DNA of 64,000 nucleotides from Bacilli bacterium (GCA_041686735.1 JAWLDF010000005.1:70029-134028), one strand, 5' to 3'; shown: positions 18,173-28,093, counted from the first letter of the stretch. The notes: generated by a model from the letters alone, not told the origin. Numbers and translations: made by a program.

Positions 18173-18843
18173 TACCGGCTCTTTCCTGTCACTATGCGAT
18201 AAAAAAAATCTCTGATTTGATCGACCATCGTCAGCAACTTACCCATAAACAACACGATATCGGTACGATAAGTGAGAGCCAGATTTTTCCCAATAGCCTT
18301 GCTTCCCACAATCGCCGAACTGGTAATTCCGGCGACGAGAATGGAAATCACGGATTCATAGGTAGTCAGTTGATCACTTAACATCACAATCTGAATCACG
18401 ATGGACGCTCCGGCAAAACCGGCAATATAACCGGCAACGTCGCCGATAACATCATTGAAAAAATTGGCGTAACGGTCCGCATGGCGGATGATATGGATGC
18501 ATTTTTTCGCACCGTATACTTTTTTGGCCGCCATGGAATTAAAGGGGGTAATATCGACAGCCGTGATGGCGACTCCGACCATATCCGTTACAGCCCCGAT
18601 GATAACAATGAAGATCAACGTTATCATTCCGAGTAACAACGACGATTGTCGCAACAGTAAATCACTGATCGAGCTGATTCCTACGGCAATAATAAAAGTC
18701 CAGATCGAAATGATGAGACTCCATTTCGTGAAGATTTTCTTTCGTTCCAGACGTTCAGGTTGTTTTTTTGTCTTTGATCTGCCGGCGGGCCAAAGTTTAA
18801 TGACTGATGGGATAAGCCCCGGCCTTTCCCCTTCTTTAGCCAA
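18172..18843 (-). CDS. Uncharacterized integral membrane protein with a basic N-terminal tail
   Basis: 223 aa with about 5 TM segments and GxxxG-rich helices (DVIGDVAGYIAGFAGA). It lies next to the CBS-pair gene. No confident family assignment. Confidence 0.5.
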   Translation of the reverse strand: MAKEGERPGLIPSVIKLWPAGRSKTKKQPERLERKKIFTKWSLIISIWTFIIAVGISSISDLLLRQSSLLLGMITLIFIVIIGAVTDMVGVAITAVDITPFNSMAAKKVYGAKKCIHIIRHADRYANFFNDVIGDVAGYIAGFAGASIVIQIVMLSDQLTTYESVISILVAGITSSAIVGSKAIGKNLALTYRTDIVLFMGKLLTMVDQIRDFFYRIVTGKSR

Positions 18844-18957
18844 GATTCACTTCCCCTTTTTTTGTGATGAACTATCATAATATTTTCTTCAATATATTAT
18901 ACATGTTCTGCTACGAACCCACCAGACCAATCGTGTTTATGACTAAATCTATTTATC

Positions 18958-19044
18958 CTAACGATCATTAAATAAAAAAATGAGGATCACCGCGATAATG
19001 ATCAACCACAGAATTTCGTCCGAGTCTCCATTAAAAAAACCCAA
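18958..19044 (-). CDS. Candidate 28-aa tail-anchored microprotein (LGFFNGDSDEILWLIIIAVILIFLFNDR)
   Basis: In-frame TTG 7 nt after AAAGGAGG, one hydrophobic helix. The longer upstream ORF has no RBS. Confidence 0.25.
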   Translation of the reverse strand: MGFFNGDSDEILWLIIIAVILIFLFNDR

Positions 19045-19205
19045 GGGTCCTCCTCCTTTCTCCACCCTGATATAAGATAGAATATGGAGAAAAGCAGGGG
19101 CATGTAACGTCATCAAATGCCTATTTTTCACGTTAAAAAAGGATGTCCGCGAAAACAGTAACGCTCCGGGGACACCCTTACTGGAATATGTGAACAATCA
19201 CTATT

Positions 19206-19673
19206 TTACTGCAAGGGTTGATTGTGATTTTCCTGACCCTGTGAATGGACACCGGTCGGTTCTGAAATCTCAGCCAGGGCCTGTCCGGCTTCATCAACAA
19301 AAGCCTGACGCACGGCCATATCGGCCATGGCCACGATACCGACGAGGCGGCCGTTTTCAACTACCGGCAGGCGGCGGATCTGCTGATCTGCCATGACCCT
19401 GCTCGCTTCGTCCACCGTCATATCGGGACGACCGAAAACAACATCGGAAGTCATGACCTGTTCCACCTGTGCCGTCCCGTCCATTCGTTCGGCCAGTCCC
19501 CGCACCACGATGTCTCGATCGGTTACGATCCCCACGCAGTTTTGTTGATCATCTACCACCGGAACCACGCCGATATTGTGATCACGCATGATTGTCGCCA
19601 CTGAATAAAGATCATCACTCCTCTTACAACTGGATACTTCTTTTGTCATAATTTGATTGAGCGTTGTTGACAT
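19206..19673 (-). CDS. CBS-domain pair protein (YlbB-like)
   Basis: Two CBS motifs (IMTKEV..., GVVPVVDD..., GIVTDRDIV..., RLPVVENGRLVGIVAMADM). Start MSTTLNQ with a GGAGG RBS. Confidence 0.8.
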   Translation of the reverse strand: MSTTLNQIMTKEVSSCKRSDDLYSVATIMRDHNIGVVPVVDDQQNCVGIVTDRDIVVRGLAERMDGTAQVEQVMTSDVVFGRPDMTVDEASRVMADQQIRRLPVVENGRLVGIVAMADMAVRQAFVDEAGQALAEISEPTGVHSQGQENHNQPLQ

Positions 19674-19787
19674 CCTTTTCATACCTCCTTTTCTTCTTGT
19701 AATGTTCCCCGCATTCCCATTTTCATGCATTTAAATAAATGTGATATAATATCGAAAGTAATCCAGAAAAGTTAGGAGGAATCATAG

Positions 19788-20138
19788 ATGATTTTCAACG
19801 AAACAGGTATTGGAGGAAAAGAATTTACACTCGGGGAGCTGGATCATATGTTGCATGAACTCGGCTTTGTCCGCTGGGCATGGGATTATGATCACGCTAC
19901 ATACGATTTCAAGTATGAAATAAACGGCGGAAAAGATGTATATTACCTTCGAATCACCGGTGAAGCAGCAGACGGACAAATCGAAGACGGTGATACTGTA
20001 TTGCGTTTATTCGAACCTTATATGGGAAAAGCGGTTTTTCCCCATGGCATCGATTATGAAGCAGAAATTCCGCAAAAAATTGTATCAGATGCTAATCAGA
20101 AAATTTCTCAGATCCAGTCCATGTTTACTCGTGCTTAA
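19788..20138 (+). CDS. YugN-like family small protein
   Basis: WDYDHATYDFKYE motif and a size of 116 aa match the YugN-like family. Divergent from the CBS gene, as ylbA/ylbB are in B. subtilis. Confidence 0.5.
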   Translation: MIFNETGIGGKEFTLGELDHMLHELGFVRWAWDYDHATYDFKYEINGGKDVYYLRITGEAADGQIEDGDTVLRLFEPYMGKAVFPHGIDYEAEIPQKIVSDANQKISQIQSMFTRA

Positions 20139-20158
20139 GGAAGGATAGGGGGCTTATT

Positions 20159-21289
20159 ATGGAACATTCCCGGGGATCTCCCGATTTCTTATTACTCTTT
20201 TTAACGCTGGTACTTGTCGGGTTCGGGATTGTCATGGTATTCTCCGCCAGTTCCATCATGGCTTACATGAGTTCGGAATACCAGAATGATAGTCTCTATT
20301 TTGTAAAAAAACAGGTGATGTGGGCTGCGGTAGGCTTTTCGGCCATGCTTGTAGTCATGAATATTCCTTACAAGCTTTATAAAAAGTATTTTTTTGTCAT
20401 TATGCTCCTTTCCCTTATGATGGTGATTCTCGTGTATATTCCCGGACTCGGAATTACCCTGAACGGAGCAAAAAGCTGGCTGAAGGTAGGGAATTACACC
20501 CTGCAAACGTCCGAACTGGCCAAACTGGGATTGATCATCTATCTCGCCGGATTAATCAACAAAAAAAGGGAAGATTTTCGCATCTTCTCCACAGGGTTAC
20601 TGCCGGCAGTCGTCGTCACCGGATTATTTTTCATTTCCATCGCACTGCAACCTGATTTCGGGACGGCGTTTATCTTATTGATCACGGCAGCGATTGTCAT
20701 TTTCGCGGGAGGCGCTCACCTCAAGCATATTTTTTATCTCAGTCTGCCCGCCGTTGCCTTCAGTGCATATTATATCCTTGATCCGGATAATCAATACCGG
20801 ATAAACCGCATCACTTCATTTTTGGATCCCTGGAGTGACCAGTTGGGTTCGGGTTTCCAATTGATTCACTCTTACTATGCCCTCGCTCACGGCGGAATTA
20901 CCGGAGTCGGGTTCGGGAAAAGTATCCAGAAGTTTTTGTACCTGCCCCTTCCGCAAACAGACTTTATCTTTGCGGTGATGGCTGAAGAGTTGGGTTTTAT
21001 CGGCTCTGCAATTTTTATTCTCGTCTTTTTGTTGTTCGTATGGAGAATCGTTTACATCAGCCTGAAATCCAATGATTTGTTCGCCTATTTGCTGGGAATC
21101 GGAATCGCAACCATGATTGCCGTTCAGGCCTTCATCAACATCGGAGGTGTAACGGGAACCATTCCCATTACGGGTGTACCCCTCCCCTTTATCAGTTACG
21201 GAGGTTCCTCCCTTTTAAACAGCCTGATCGGGGTCGGATTTATTCTGTCGATTTCACGTGATGTGAACCAGAAATCGAATCAACCTTAA
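20159..21289 (+). CDS. SEDS-family peptidoglycan glycosyltransferase (FtsW/RodA/SpoVE)
   Basis: 376 aa, 10 TM, conserved SEDS blocks (QPDFGTAFIL; FIFAVMAEELGFIGS; PLPFISYGGSS). Confidence 0.8.
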   Translation: MEHSRGSPDFLLLFLTLVLVGFGIVMVFSASSIMAYMSSEYQNDSLYFVKKQVMWAAVGFSAMLVVMNIPYKLYKKYFFVIMLLSLMMVILVYIPGLGITLNGAKSWLKVGNYTLQTSELAKLGLIIYLAGLINKKREDFRIFSTGLLPAVVVTGLFFISIALQPDFGTAFILLITAAIVIFAGGAHLKHIFYLSLPAVAFSAYYILDPDNQYRINRITSFLDPWSDQLGSGFQLIHSYYALAHGGITGVGFGKSIQKFLYLPLPQTDFIFAVMAEELGFIGSAIFILVFLLFVWRIVYISLKSNDLFAYLLGIGIATMIAVQAFINIGGVTGTIPITGVPLPFISYGGSSLLNSLIGVGFILSISRDVNQKSNQP

Positions 21290-21314
21290 ACACAAAAAGT
21301 TGTCTCGTTGTTGT

Positions 21315-21346
21315 TACAATGTGTCTTGTTTATGGTACACATTGTA
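21315..21346. promoter_or_regulatory. Perfect 10-bp inverted repeat (TACAATGTGT-N12-ACACATTGTA) upstream of the E1alpha gene: candidate operator or ftsW terminator stem
   Basis: Exact palindrome arms seen directly in the sequence, about 95 nt upstream of the start codon. A T-run follows about 10 nt later. Confidence 0.3.
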
Positions 21347-21440
21347 GCAATAACGGGATTTTTTTATGGCCTGGCATTTTCAGTAGGCCTGTATCATACC
21401 CATTAATATACACAATTTTTCACAAGGAGGTTTTGTGGAC

Positions 21441-22424
21441 ATGTCTGTTCCCGTGGAAAAATTAAAGTGGATGTATGCAACTATGTGTAAGATTCGGTAC
21501 TACGAAGAATCAATGGTTGAAGCTTATGCAGAAGGAAAAAAACCGGTTTTTAATATCGGTTCGGGTTCCGTACCCGGAGAAATGCATCTCTCAAACGGAC
21601 AAGAACCGGCGGCAGTGGGAATCTGTGCCCATCTGACCGATGAAGACACGGTCACCGCCCCCCACCGTCCCCATCATCATGCTATTGCAAAAGGAGTCGA
21701 TTTAAACAAAATGACATCCGAAATTTTCGGTAAAGCCACCGGACTAGGTAAAGGAAAAGGGGGACACATGCACCTGTTCGATCCCCGCGTCAAATTCTCC
21801 TGTGGTGGGATTGTTGCTGCAGGGATCCCCCATGCTGTCGGTGCGGCACTTGCTGCAAAAATGAACGACAGGGATTGGGTAGCTGTAGCATTTATCGGTG
21901 AAGGAGCCACCAACGCCGGCGCCTTCCATGAGTCTCTCAATCTTGCGGCGTTATGGAAATTACCACTTATTGTCGTCATTGAAGATAATTCCTATGGCAT
22001 TTCCGTAGCAAAAAAAGATTCGACTGCCGTTCCCCATAATGACCTGCGTGCTACTGCATATAACATTGAAGGTGCACTGGTTAAAGATAACGATCCGATT
22101 GAAATGTACAGGGTCTCACAGGAAGCCGTTAAAAGGGCCAGAAACGGAGAAGGACCCACTATAATCGAAATCGAAACCTATCGTTTTCTCGGACATTTCC
22201 AGGGAGATCCCGAATTATACCGGGACAAAGATGAAGTGCCCCGTCTTCAGGAAAAAGATCCAATCCTGCGTTTGAAAAAGGTACTTCTTGAAAAAGAAAT
22301 CAGTGAAGACGAATTAACCTCTATGGAGAGTTCAGTGAAATCGGAAGTTGATGAGGCTTACCGTTTTGCAAGGGAAAGTGCTTACCCCGATCCTGAAGAT
22401 GCTTTACGGGATGTCTTTGTTTGA
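21441..22424 (+). CDS. TPP-dependent 2-oxoacid (acetoin/pyruvate) dehydrogenase E1 alpha subunit
   Basis: TPP motif GEGATNAGAFHESLNLAALWKLPLIVVIEDN and AcoA/PdhA-like ends. AGGAGG RBS. Confidence 0.8.
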   Translation: MSVPVEKLKWMYATMCKIRYYEESMVEAYAEGKKPVFNIGSGSVPGEMHLSNGQEPAAVGICAHLTDEDTVTAPHRPHHHAIAKGVDLNKMTSEIFGKATGLGKGKGGHMHLFDPRVKFSCGGIVAAGIPHAVGAALAAKMNDRDWVAVAFIGEGATNAGAFHESLNLAALWKLPLIVVIEDNSYGISVAKKDSTAVPHNDLRATAYNIEGALVKDNDPIEMYRVSQEAVKRARNGEGPTIIEIETYRFLGHFQGDPELYRDKDEVPRLQEKDPILRLKKVLLEKEISEDELTSMESSVKSEVDEAYRFARESAYPDPEDALRDVFV

Positions 22425-22465
22425 TGTTGAATGTGGAATACCAACCGAAAGGAGTATGATGGGAC

Positions 22466-23485
22466 ATGGAAACCGTGAAGAAGAGATTATTAACTGGTAA
22501 CAAAGCGATGGCAGAAGCAATACGACTGGAAATGGAACGTGATGAGCGTGTTTTTGTCATGGGTGAAGACGTAGGGGCTTATGGAGGAATTTTCGGTTCG
22601 ACACAAGGTCTCTTTGAAAAATTCGGAACGAAAAGGGTACTCGATACACCGATTTCCGAAACCGCCTTCATCGGAGCGGCAGTAGGTGCAGCTGCAGAAG
22701 GCATGAGACCTGTGGCAGAACTGATGTTTGTTGATTTCTTCGGAGTTTGTATGGATCAAATATACAATCACATGGCCAAAATCACTTATATGTCCGGCGG
22801 TTCCGTCAAACTCCCCATGGTCTTGATGACGGCAGTCGGTGGAGGCTACAACGATGCCGCACAACATTCACAAACTCTCTACGCCACTTTTGCTCATCTT
22901 CCCGGATTGAAAGTTGTCGCACCCTCCACGCCGTACGACTTGAAAGGAATGATGATTTCAGCCATACGTGATGATAATCCGGTTCTCTTTATGTTTCATA
23001 AGTCACTCCAGGGACTGGGATGGATGGACCAGATAGACGCTGCTGTCGGTCACGTTCCGGAAGAACCTTATACTGTTCCCCTTGATAAAGCAAAAGTGAT
23101 TCGTGAAGGAAAGGATATCACCATTGTTTCAATTCAAATGATGACACACCATGCCCTTGAAGCAGCATCAAGATTGGCAGAACAGGGAATTGAAGCGGAA
23201 GTGATTGACTTGCGTTCCCTTGCACCTCTGGACAAAAGAACTATTATTGACTCCGTTTCAAAAACCCATCGTTTGTTGGTGGTGGATGAAGATTATCTCT
23301 CATATGGAATGACTGCTGAAGTGAGTGCATCGGTTTGCGAGGAAGCATTTTATGAGCTGGAATGTCCCATTGGCAGACTTGCTGTACCTGATGTTCCTAT
23401 TCCCTACAGTCGTCCGCTGGAAAAGTTCATCCTTCCCTGTACTGAGAAAATCGTAAACAAAGTCCTTGAGATAATGAAAGAGTAG
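22466..23485 (+). CDS. 2-oxoacid dehydrogenase E1 beta subunit
   Basis: Transketolase-like pyrimidine-binding and C-terminal domains (VMGEDVGAYGGIFGST...; AVPDVPIPYS). Confidence 0.85.
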   Translation: METVKKRLLTGNKAMAEAIRLEMERDERVFVMGEDVGAYGGIFGSTQGLFEKFGTKRVLDTPISETAFIGAAVGAAAEGMRPVAELMFVDFFGVCMDQIYNHMAKITYMSGGSVKLPMVLMTAVGGGYNDAAQHSQTLYATFAHLPGLKVVAPSTPYDLKGMMISAIRDDNPVLFMFHKSLQGLGWMDQIDAAVGHVPEEPYTVPLDKAKVIREGKDITIVSIQMMTHHALEAASRLAEQGIEAEVIDLRSLAPLDKRTIIDSVSKTHRLLVVDEDYLSYGMTAEVSASVCEEAFYELECPIGRLAVPDVPIPYSRPLEKFILPCTEKIVNKVLEIMKE

Positions 23486-23505
23486 AAATTCAAGGGGGAA
23501 TTACA

Positions 23506-24462
23506 TTGTACCAGATTAAGTTGCCCCGTACATCAGATGAGGACGAAAGTGTCATTGTATTCTGGCATAAAACAGAAGGCGATTCGATTCAAAAAGGAGA
23601 CATTCTTGTAGAAGTTCAAACGGAAAAGGCCGTATTTGAAATTGAGGCTGAGAATGGCGGCATATTAAAAAACATCCTCGTAAACAGAGGAGAAGTAGCC
23701 CGAGTGGGAGATGTTCTCGCCGTAATTGAACCTGTTCAAGATCAGGAGGACAAATCCGACACCGAAAACGTTCAAGAAAAAGAAGTTCCAATCCAAACAC
23801 AGACGACGGAATCATCTGAAGCGCACTTCCGTCGAACAATAGCAAAACGAATGATGCAAAGCCTGCAGCAATCAGCACAATTGACGGAAATGAGGTGGGT
23901 TGATGTTACGGTTTTAAACGGCAAAAGATATGAGACTGATCCTCCGTTGAACTGGACTGACATCATAGCTTATTTAACGGTAAAAGTTCTCAAAAATCAC
24001 CCGCATCTTAATGCCATCTGGGAAAATGACCGTATTATCGTTCATCCTCATGTTCACCTGGGTATTGCGGTAGATACAGACAAAGGACTGGTTGTCCCGG
24101 TAATCAAAGATGCCGATAAAAAAGATTTGGTTGAACTCCGACAAGAGAGCAGATGTCTGATAAACAAAGCAAAATCAGGTCTGTTGAGTCGGGAAGAAAG
24201 CTCAGGCGGCACATTTACCCTGAGTAATCTCGGACAATATGGAATACAGTTTTTTACCCCGATCATAAATCCTCCTGAGACAGCGATTCTTGGAATCGGA
24301 AAAGTTGAATCTTATCTTGTTCTGGAGGAAGGTCAGATTAAAGAAAGATATCGGCTCCCCATAAGTTTAACTTTTGACCATCGAATCATTGATGGTGCAC
24401 CTGCCGCAAGGTTTTTGCAAACCCTGACCGATCTGTTGAACACCCCTGAACAGTTGATTTAA
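23506..24462 (+). CDS. Dihydrolipoamide acyltransferase E2, short form: lipoyl domain plus catalytic domain, with no recognizable peripheral-subunit-binding domain
   Basis: Lipoyl-lysine context VEVQTEKAV. Catalytic DHRIIDGA motif. Only 318 aa. The linker runs straight into the catalytic domain (HFRRTIAKRMM). TTG start with a GGGGG RBS. Confidence 0.8.
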   Translation: MYQIKLPRTSDEDESVIVFWHKTEGDSIQKGDILVEVQTEKAVFEIEAENGGILKNILVNRGEVARVGDVLAVIEPVQDQEDKSDTENVQEKEVPIQTQTTESSEAHFRRTIAKRMMQSLQQSAQLTEMRWVDVTVLNGKRYETDPPLNWTDIIAYLTVKVLKNHPHLNAIWENDRIIVHPHVHLGIAVDTDKGLVVPVIKDADKKDLVELRQESRCLINKAKSGLLSREESSGGTFTLSNLGQYGIQFFTPIINPPETAILGIGKVESYLVLEEGQIKERYRLPISLTFDHRIIDGAPAARFLQTLTDLLNTPEQLI

Positions 24463-24500
24463 TAAAAAAAGCACCGGTTTCCCGGTGCCTGTTTTATTTT
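24463..24500. terminator. Bidirectional intrinsic terminator
   Basis: AAAAAAAGCACCGGTTTCCCGGTGCCTGTTTTATTTT between convergent E2 and Asp23 genes. Confidence 0.55.
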
Positions 24501-24880
24501 AAACGGGGCACAATCTCTTCAGTCTCTGGTGTGTCTTCTTTCATATCGACACCTTCCACCTTCACGTTGACTTCAACGACCTTCAGGCCGGTCATCGATT
24601 CGACTGCGTTTTTCACGTTGGTTTGCAATGCTCTGGACACTTCGTCTATTTTCATTCCATATTTGATGATCACCCGCAAATCGATGGCTGCTTCATATTC
24701 TCCGACATCGACATGAACACCTTTTTGTACGTTTTTCCCGCTGACTCGACGGGCCAGTCCTTCCGTAATCCCCCCGGACATTCCGACAATTCCGGGCGTT
24801 TCGGAGGCAGCAATCCCTGCGATTACAGCCACCACATCATCAGCAATACGAACCACTCCGTTCTCCCTGTTATCAGCCAT
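24494..24880 (-). CDS. Asp23/Gls24 family alkaline shock protein
   Basis: MADNRENGVVRIADDVVAVIAGIAASETPGIVGM... is family-typical. AGGAGG RBS. Confidence 0.85.
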   Translation of the reverse strand: MADNRENGVVRIADDVVAVIAGIAASETPGIVGMSGGITEGLARRVSGKNVQKGVHVDVGEYEAAIDLRVIIKYGMKIDEVSRALQTNVKNAVESMTGLKVVEVNVKVEGVDMKEDTPETEEIVPRLK

Positions 24881-25058
24881 CTGGTTTTTCCTCCTTTTAA
24901 CATGCAAAATATATTCTATTCATATTCCGCAATTGGGCGGATGACACACTTCCCTTACTCCCCATTATACCTTTTCAGCACAGGATTCAGTATGATTAAT
25001 TGTCTTCGATACGAACGGGGACATTTCCTTTTTTTTTCGGGAAAATTCGTTCTTATTT

Positions 25059-26747
25059 TTAAAAATCGCGGAGATTGCCCAGGGTCTGCTCCCGTTTTTC
25101 AATCATCTGCGGAGTGGGATGCACATCTTCAGGTACAGGATTGTTGCAGTGAACATCGATCAGCACGGGCATCGGCTGACGATTCGCTTGAAATGCCTGA
25201 CTGAGCGCCTTATTTAACGATCCGTTTCCGCTCACCGTAATCCCCGTACCCCCGCAGGCCTGAGCGATCCTGGCAAAATCAGGCGTGTGAAGTTCAACAC
25301 CAAAAGGAGTTCGTCCTTCCGATAACATTTTGTTTTTTTCCATACCCAGTACACCATTATGTACAACAACAATCTTTAAGTCGAGACGTTCCCTTACCGC
25401 CGTTGCGATTTCCCCCATACTCATCAACAATCCGCCGTCTCCGGTAATCGCCACCACTTGTTTTTCAGGAAAAATTTTTTTTGCAGCAATGGCTGCAGGT
25501 ACAGCAAACCCCACACTCCTCCACGTACCTGAAAACAGAAAGTGCTGATGCGTGGCGGCAAATCTTCGATTGGTCCAGATGGTATGTTCGCCGGTATCCA
25601 CGGTGACAATGGCATCCTCCTGAACATGACGGGAGAGTTGTTGCATCAAGTACGCCGGAGATACAGGCGCTGAAGGTGAAGGCGTCTCTTCCAGCAAGTT
25701 TTCTTCCCGCTGTTCCTTTTTCGCCTGTTTGATGATATTTCCCCATTCACTCCGTTCCTGTTCGGGAAGGATCTTAAGTAAAGATGTAATGGCTTCGTTT
25801 GCTTTACCTGTCACCACCGCGGTTAAATCCCTGTTGGAGGAAATATGGGCGGGGTGGATATCGATCTGGATCACCGGGATGTCGTCAGGAATGTAATCCT
25901 GGGGATACCAGGTCACTCCGATCATGATAAAAAGATCACTTTGATAGAGCAGATCGACGGCCTGTCGTCTTCCTCCCGGACCGATCCCGCCAAGCAGACG
26001 GGCGTGTTCATCGGGAATGGCTCCTTTCGCTCCCAGGCTTAGTATGATCCCGGCATTTAATCTTTCAGCCAGCTGGATGACCTCCCGCCAGGATTCCTTT
26101 GCCCCGATCCCTGCCAGAATCATGGGGCGACGACTGTTTTGGACCAATCTGGCGGCAAGTTGTAATTCTCCATATGAAATGGTTGGGCTTCCCTCTTTCG
26201 CTTTAACCCCGTGAACTTCATCGAGGGATGGACGAATACTGTTTGAAACAGGTAAATCGCCCACATCTTTGGGAAGGGAAATATGGGCTACAGTCTGCTG
26301 GGCCCGGGCCGTCTGCCATGCCTGTGACAAAACGGAAAAGGCGGCGGAGGGGTGGACAATCTCTGCTGTGTATGAAGCAATCGGGCGGACAAAAGTCATC
26401 TGATCAATATACTGTTTGACGTTCGTTCCGATTTCTTCACGCGGAACCTGTCCCGAAATGGCAAGTACAGGAACCCGGTCGATGGCCGCATCACCGAGCC
26501 CGTTGAGAAGATTGGCCAGGCCGGGACCGGATGTGGCGATACACACCCCGGGCCTGCCGGTCAATTTCGCTTCAGCAGATGCCATAAACCCGGCGGCTGA
26601 TTCATGGGATGTGAGAATAAATTCGATTTCCTTTTGTTTACCCAGTGCTTCCATCAGGGGAAAAATCGCATCACCGGTAACACCGTAAATTCGTTTTACT
26701 CCCCATTCGGCCAGCTGGTTCATGATCAATTCAGCCACTTTCATCAT
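25059..26747 (-). CDS. Thiamine-pyrophosphate enzyme of the pyruvate oxidase / acetolactate synthase family
   Basis: N-terminal TPP-pyrimidine domain (GVTGDAIFPLMEAL...GPGLANLLNGLGDA) and a C-terminal TPP-binding region (ITGDGGLLMSMGE). 562 aa. GGAAGGAG RBS. Confidence 0.8.
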   Translation of the reverse strand: MMKVAELIMNQLAEWGVKRIYGVTGDAIFPLMEALGKQKEIEFILTSHESAAGFMASAEAKLTGRPGVCIATSGPGLANLLNGLGDAAIDRVPVLAISGQVPREEIGTNVKQYIDQMTFVRPIASYTAEIVHPSAAFSVLSQAWQTARAQQTVAHISLPKDVGDLPVSNSIRPSLDEVHGVKAKEGSPTISYGELQLAARLVQNSRRPMILAGIGAKESWREVIQLAERLNAGIILSLGAKGAIPDEHARLLGGIGPGGRRQAVDLLYQSDLFIMIGVTWYPQDYIPDDIPVIQIDIHPAHISSNRDLTAVVTGKANEAITSLLKILPEQERSEWGNIIKQAKKEQREENLLEETPSPSAPVSPAYLMQQLSRHVQEDAIVTVDTGEHTIWTNRRFAATHQHFLFSGTWRSVGFAVPAAIAAKKIFPEKQVVAITGDGGLLMSMGEIATAVRERLDLKIVVVHNGVLGMEKNKMLSEGRTPFGVELHTPDFARIAQACGGTGITVSGNGSLNKALSQAFQANRQPMPVLIDVHCNNPVPEDVHPTPQMIEKREQTLGNLRDF

Positions 26748-26856
26748 GATGGAAAACTCCTTCCTGATTATGAAGAGGACCTTTCGTCTTTGATCCCCTT
26801 TGATACAACTTTATCAGGTAGTTTTTCCAATTTTTAAAGAATCCATGTGTCCCGGA

Positions 26857-27132
26857 CTACTTCCCCCATTGCTGCAAAAAATGAGCCAGCCCCTCTAACT
26901 TGCTTCGATTGACACGATAACAAACCCATGTTCCCTTCATCTCTGTTTCAACAAACCCGCTGTCCCGCAATATTTTGAGGTGATGGGAAACGGTAGACTG
27001 GGCAAGACCGATCTCTTTGACCAGATCTCCGCAAAACTGCTCATTTCTGCTTAATAAAATGTTCATGATTTGAAAACGAACGGGGTGACCCAGCGTTTTA
27101 AATCCTTCCATCATCTCTTCCATTTTTTTCAC
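26857..27132 (-). CDS. ArsR/SmtB family transcriptional regulator
   Basis: HTH LGHPVRFQIMNILL...CGDLVKEIGLAQSTVSHHLKILRDSGFV. Confidence 0.8.
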   Translation of the reverse strand: MKKMEEMMEGFKTLGHPVRFQIMNILLSRNEQFCGDLVKEIGLAQSTVSHHLKILRDSGFVETEMKGTWVCYRVNRSKLEGLAHFLQQWGK

Positions 27133-27261
27133 CCGATTCTTGTGATTTCATTTTTTATTATACACATGTTTTTCCGATTTTTCGTTCAAAATATGGATAT
27201 TACCAGCGTGAACAGAGTGACTGCACAGATGAAGTCACGACTACTCACAAGGAGGAAAGGC

Positions 27262-28017
27262 ATGAAAAACAGATGGATTTGGTTGATCATCGTTCTCGTC
27301 GTTTTATCGGCTACATTCCTGTTTTCCCTTGAAAAAATGTCTGAACGCGGTACATTCGGGCAGCAAGTATTGACGCAGGGGGCACAGGGTGGTGATGTGT
27401 ATGAGTTGCAGGGACGTCTTAAACTATTAGGTTATTATACGGGACCGATCGACGGTCATTTCGGTACACGTACAAACAATGCAGTACGCCTTTTTCAGTA
27501 TGAATTCGGTTTAAAAGTAGACGGAGTTGTCGGCCCCAAAACCAAGTTAAAACTCTGGCAGGCAACAAAGCACTGGACTCCCGAGATGACTGCAGAAAAA
27601 CAACGGGCAACGGCGTCCGGGGCTCAACCCGCAGCAACACCGCGTGTGTCTACACACGGATACTCTGAAAACGACCTGCGGATCATGGCCAACGCCGTAT
27701 ATGGTGAAGCAAGGGGTGAACCATACGTCGGTCAAGTAGCGGTTGCTGCCGTAATTCTCAACCGCGTCAAATCCCCTTCTTTTCCCAACACTCCGTCGGG
27801 CGTGATCTTCGAACCTCGTGCATTCACAGCCGTGGCAGACGGGCAGATCTGGCTCCAGCCAAACGAGACCGCCCAGAAAGCGGTGCAGGATGCGCTGAAC
27901 GGCTGGGATCCGAGTGGCGGTGCCATCTATTACTTTAATCCCGATACGGCAACATCCGGCTGGATCTGGAGCCGCCCGCAGATTAAAAAGATCGGAAAAC
28001 ACATCTTCTGTCGATAA
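27262..28017 (+). CDS. Spore cortex-lytic enzyme SleB family (PG-binding domain plus Hydrolase_2 domain)
   Basis: Signal-anchor, peptidoglycan-binding repeat (LQGRLKLLGYYTGPIDGHFGTRTNNAVRLFQ), SleB catalytic domain (IMANAVYGEARGEPYVGQVAVAAVILNRV...GAIYYFNP). AAGGAGG RBS at 27250. Confidence 0.75.
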   Translation: MKNRWIWLIIVLVVLSATFLFSLEKMSERGTFGQQVLTQGAQGGDVYELQGRLKLLGYYTGPIDGHFGTRTNNAVRLFQYEFGLKVDGVVGPKTKLKLWQATKHWTPEMTAEKQRATASGAQPAATPRVSTHGYSENDLRIMANAVYGEARGEPYVGQVAVAAVILNRVKSPSFPNTPSGVIFEPRAFTAVADGQIWLQPNETAQKAVQDALNGWDPSGGAIYYFNPDTATSGWIWSRPQIKKIGKHIFCR

Positions 28018-28093
28018 TCTGTGATATGATATGTACTGACATGAGGCTGCCCCGCGGTTACATACCACGTCTAAGGCAGCCTCATATTATCTC

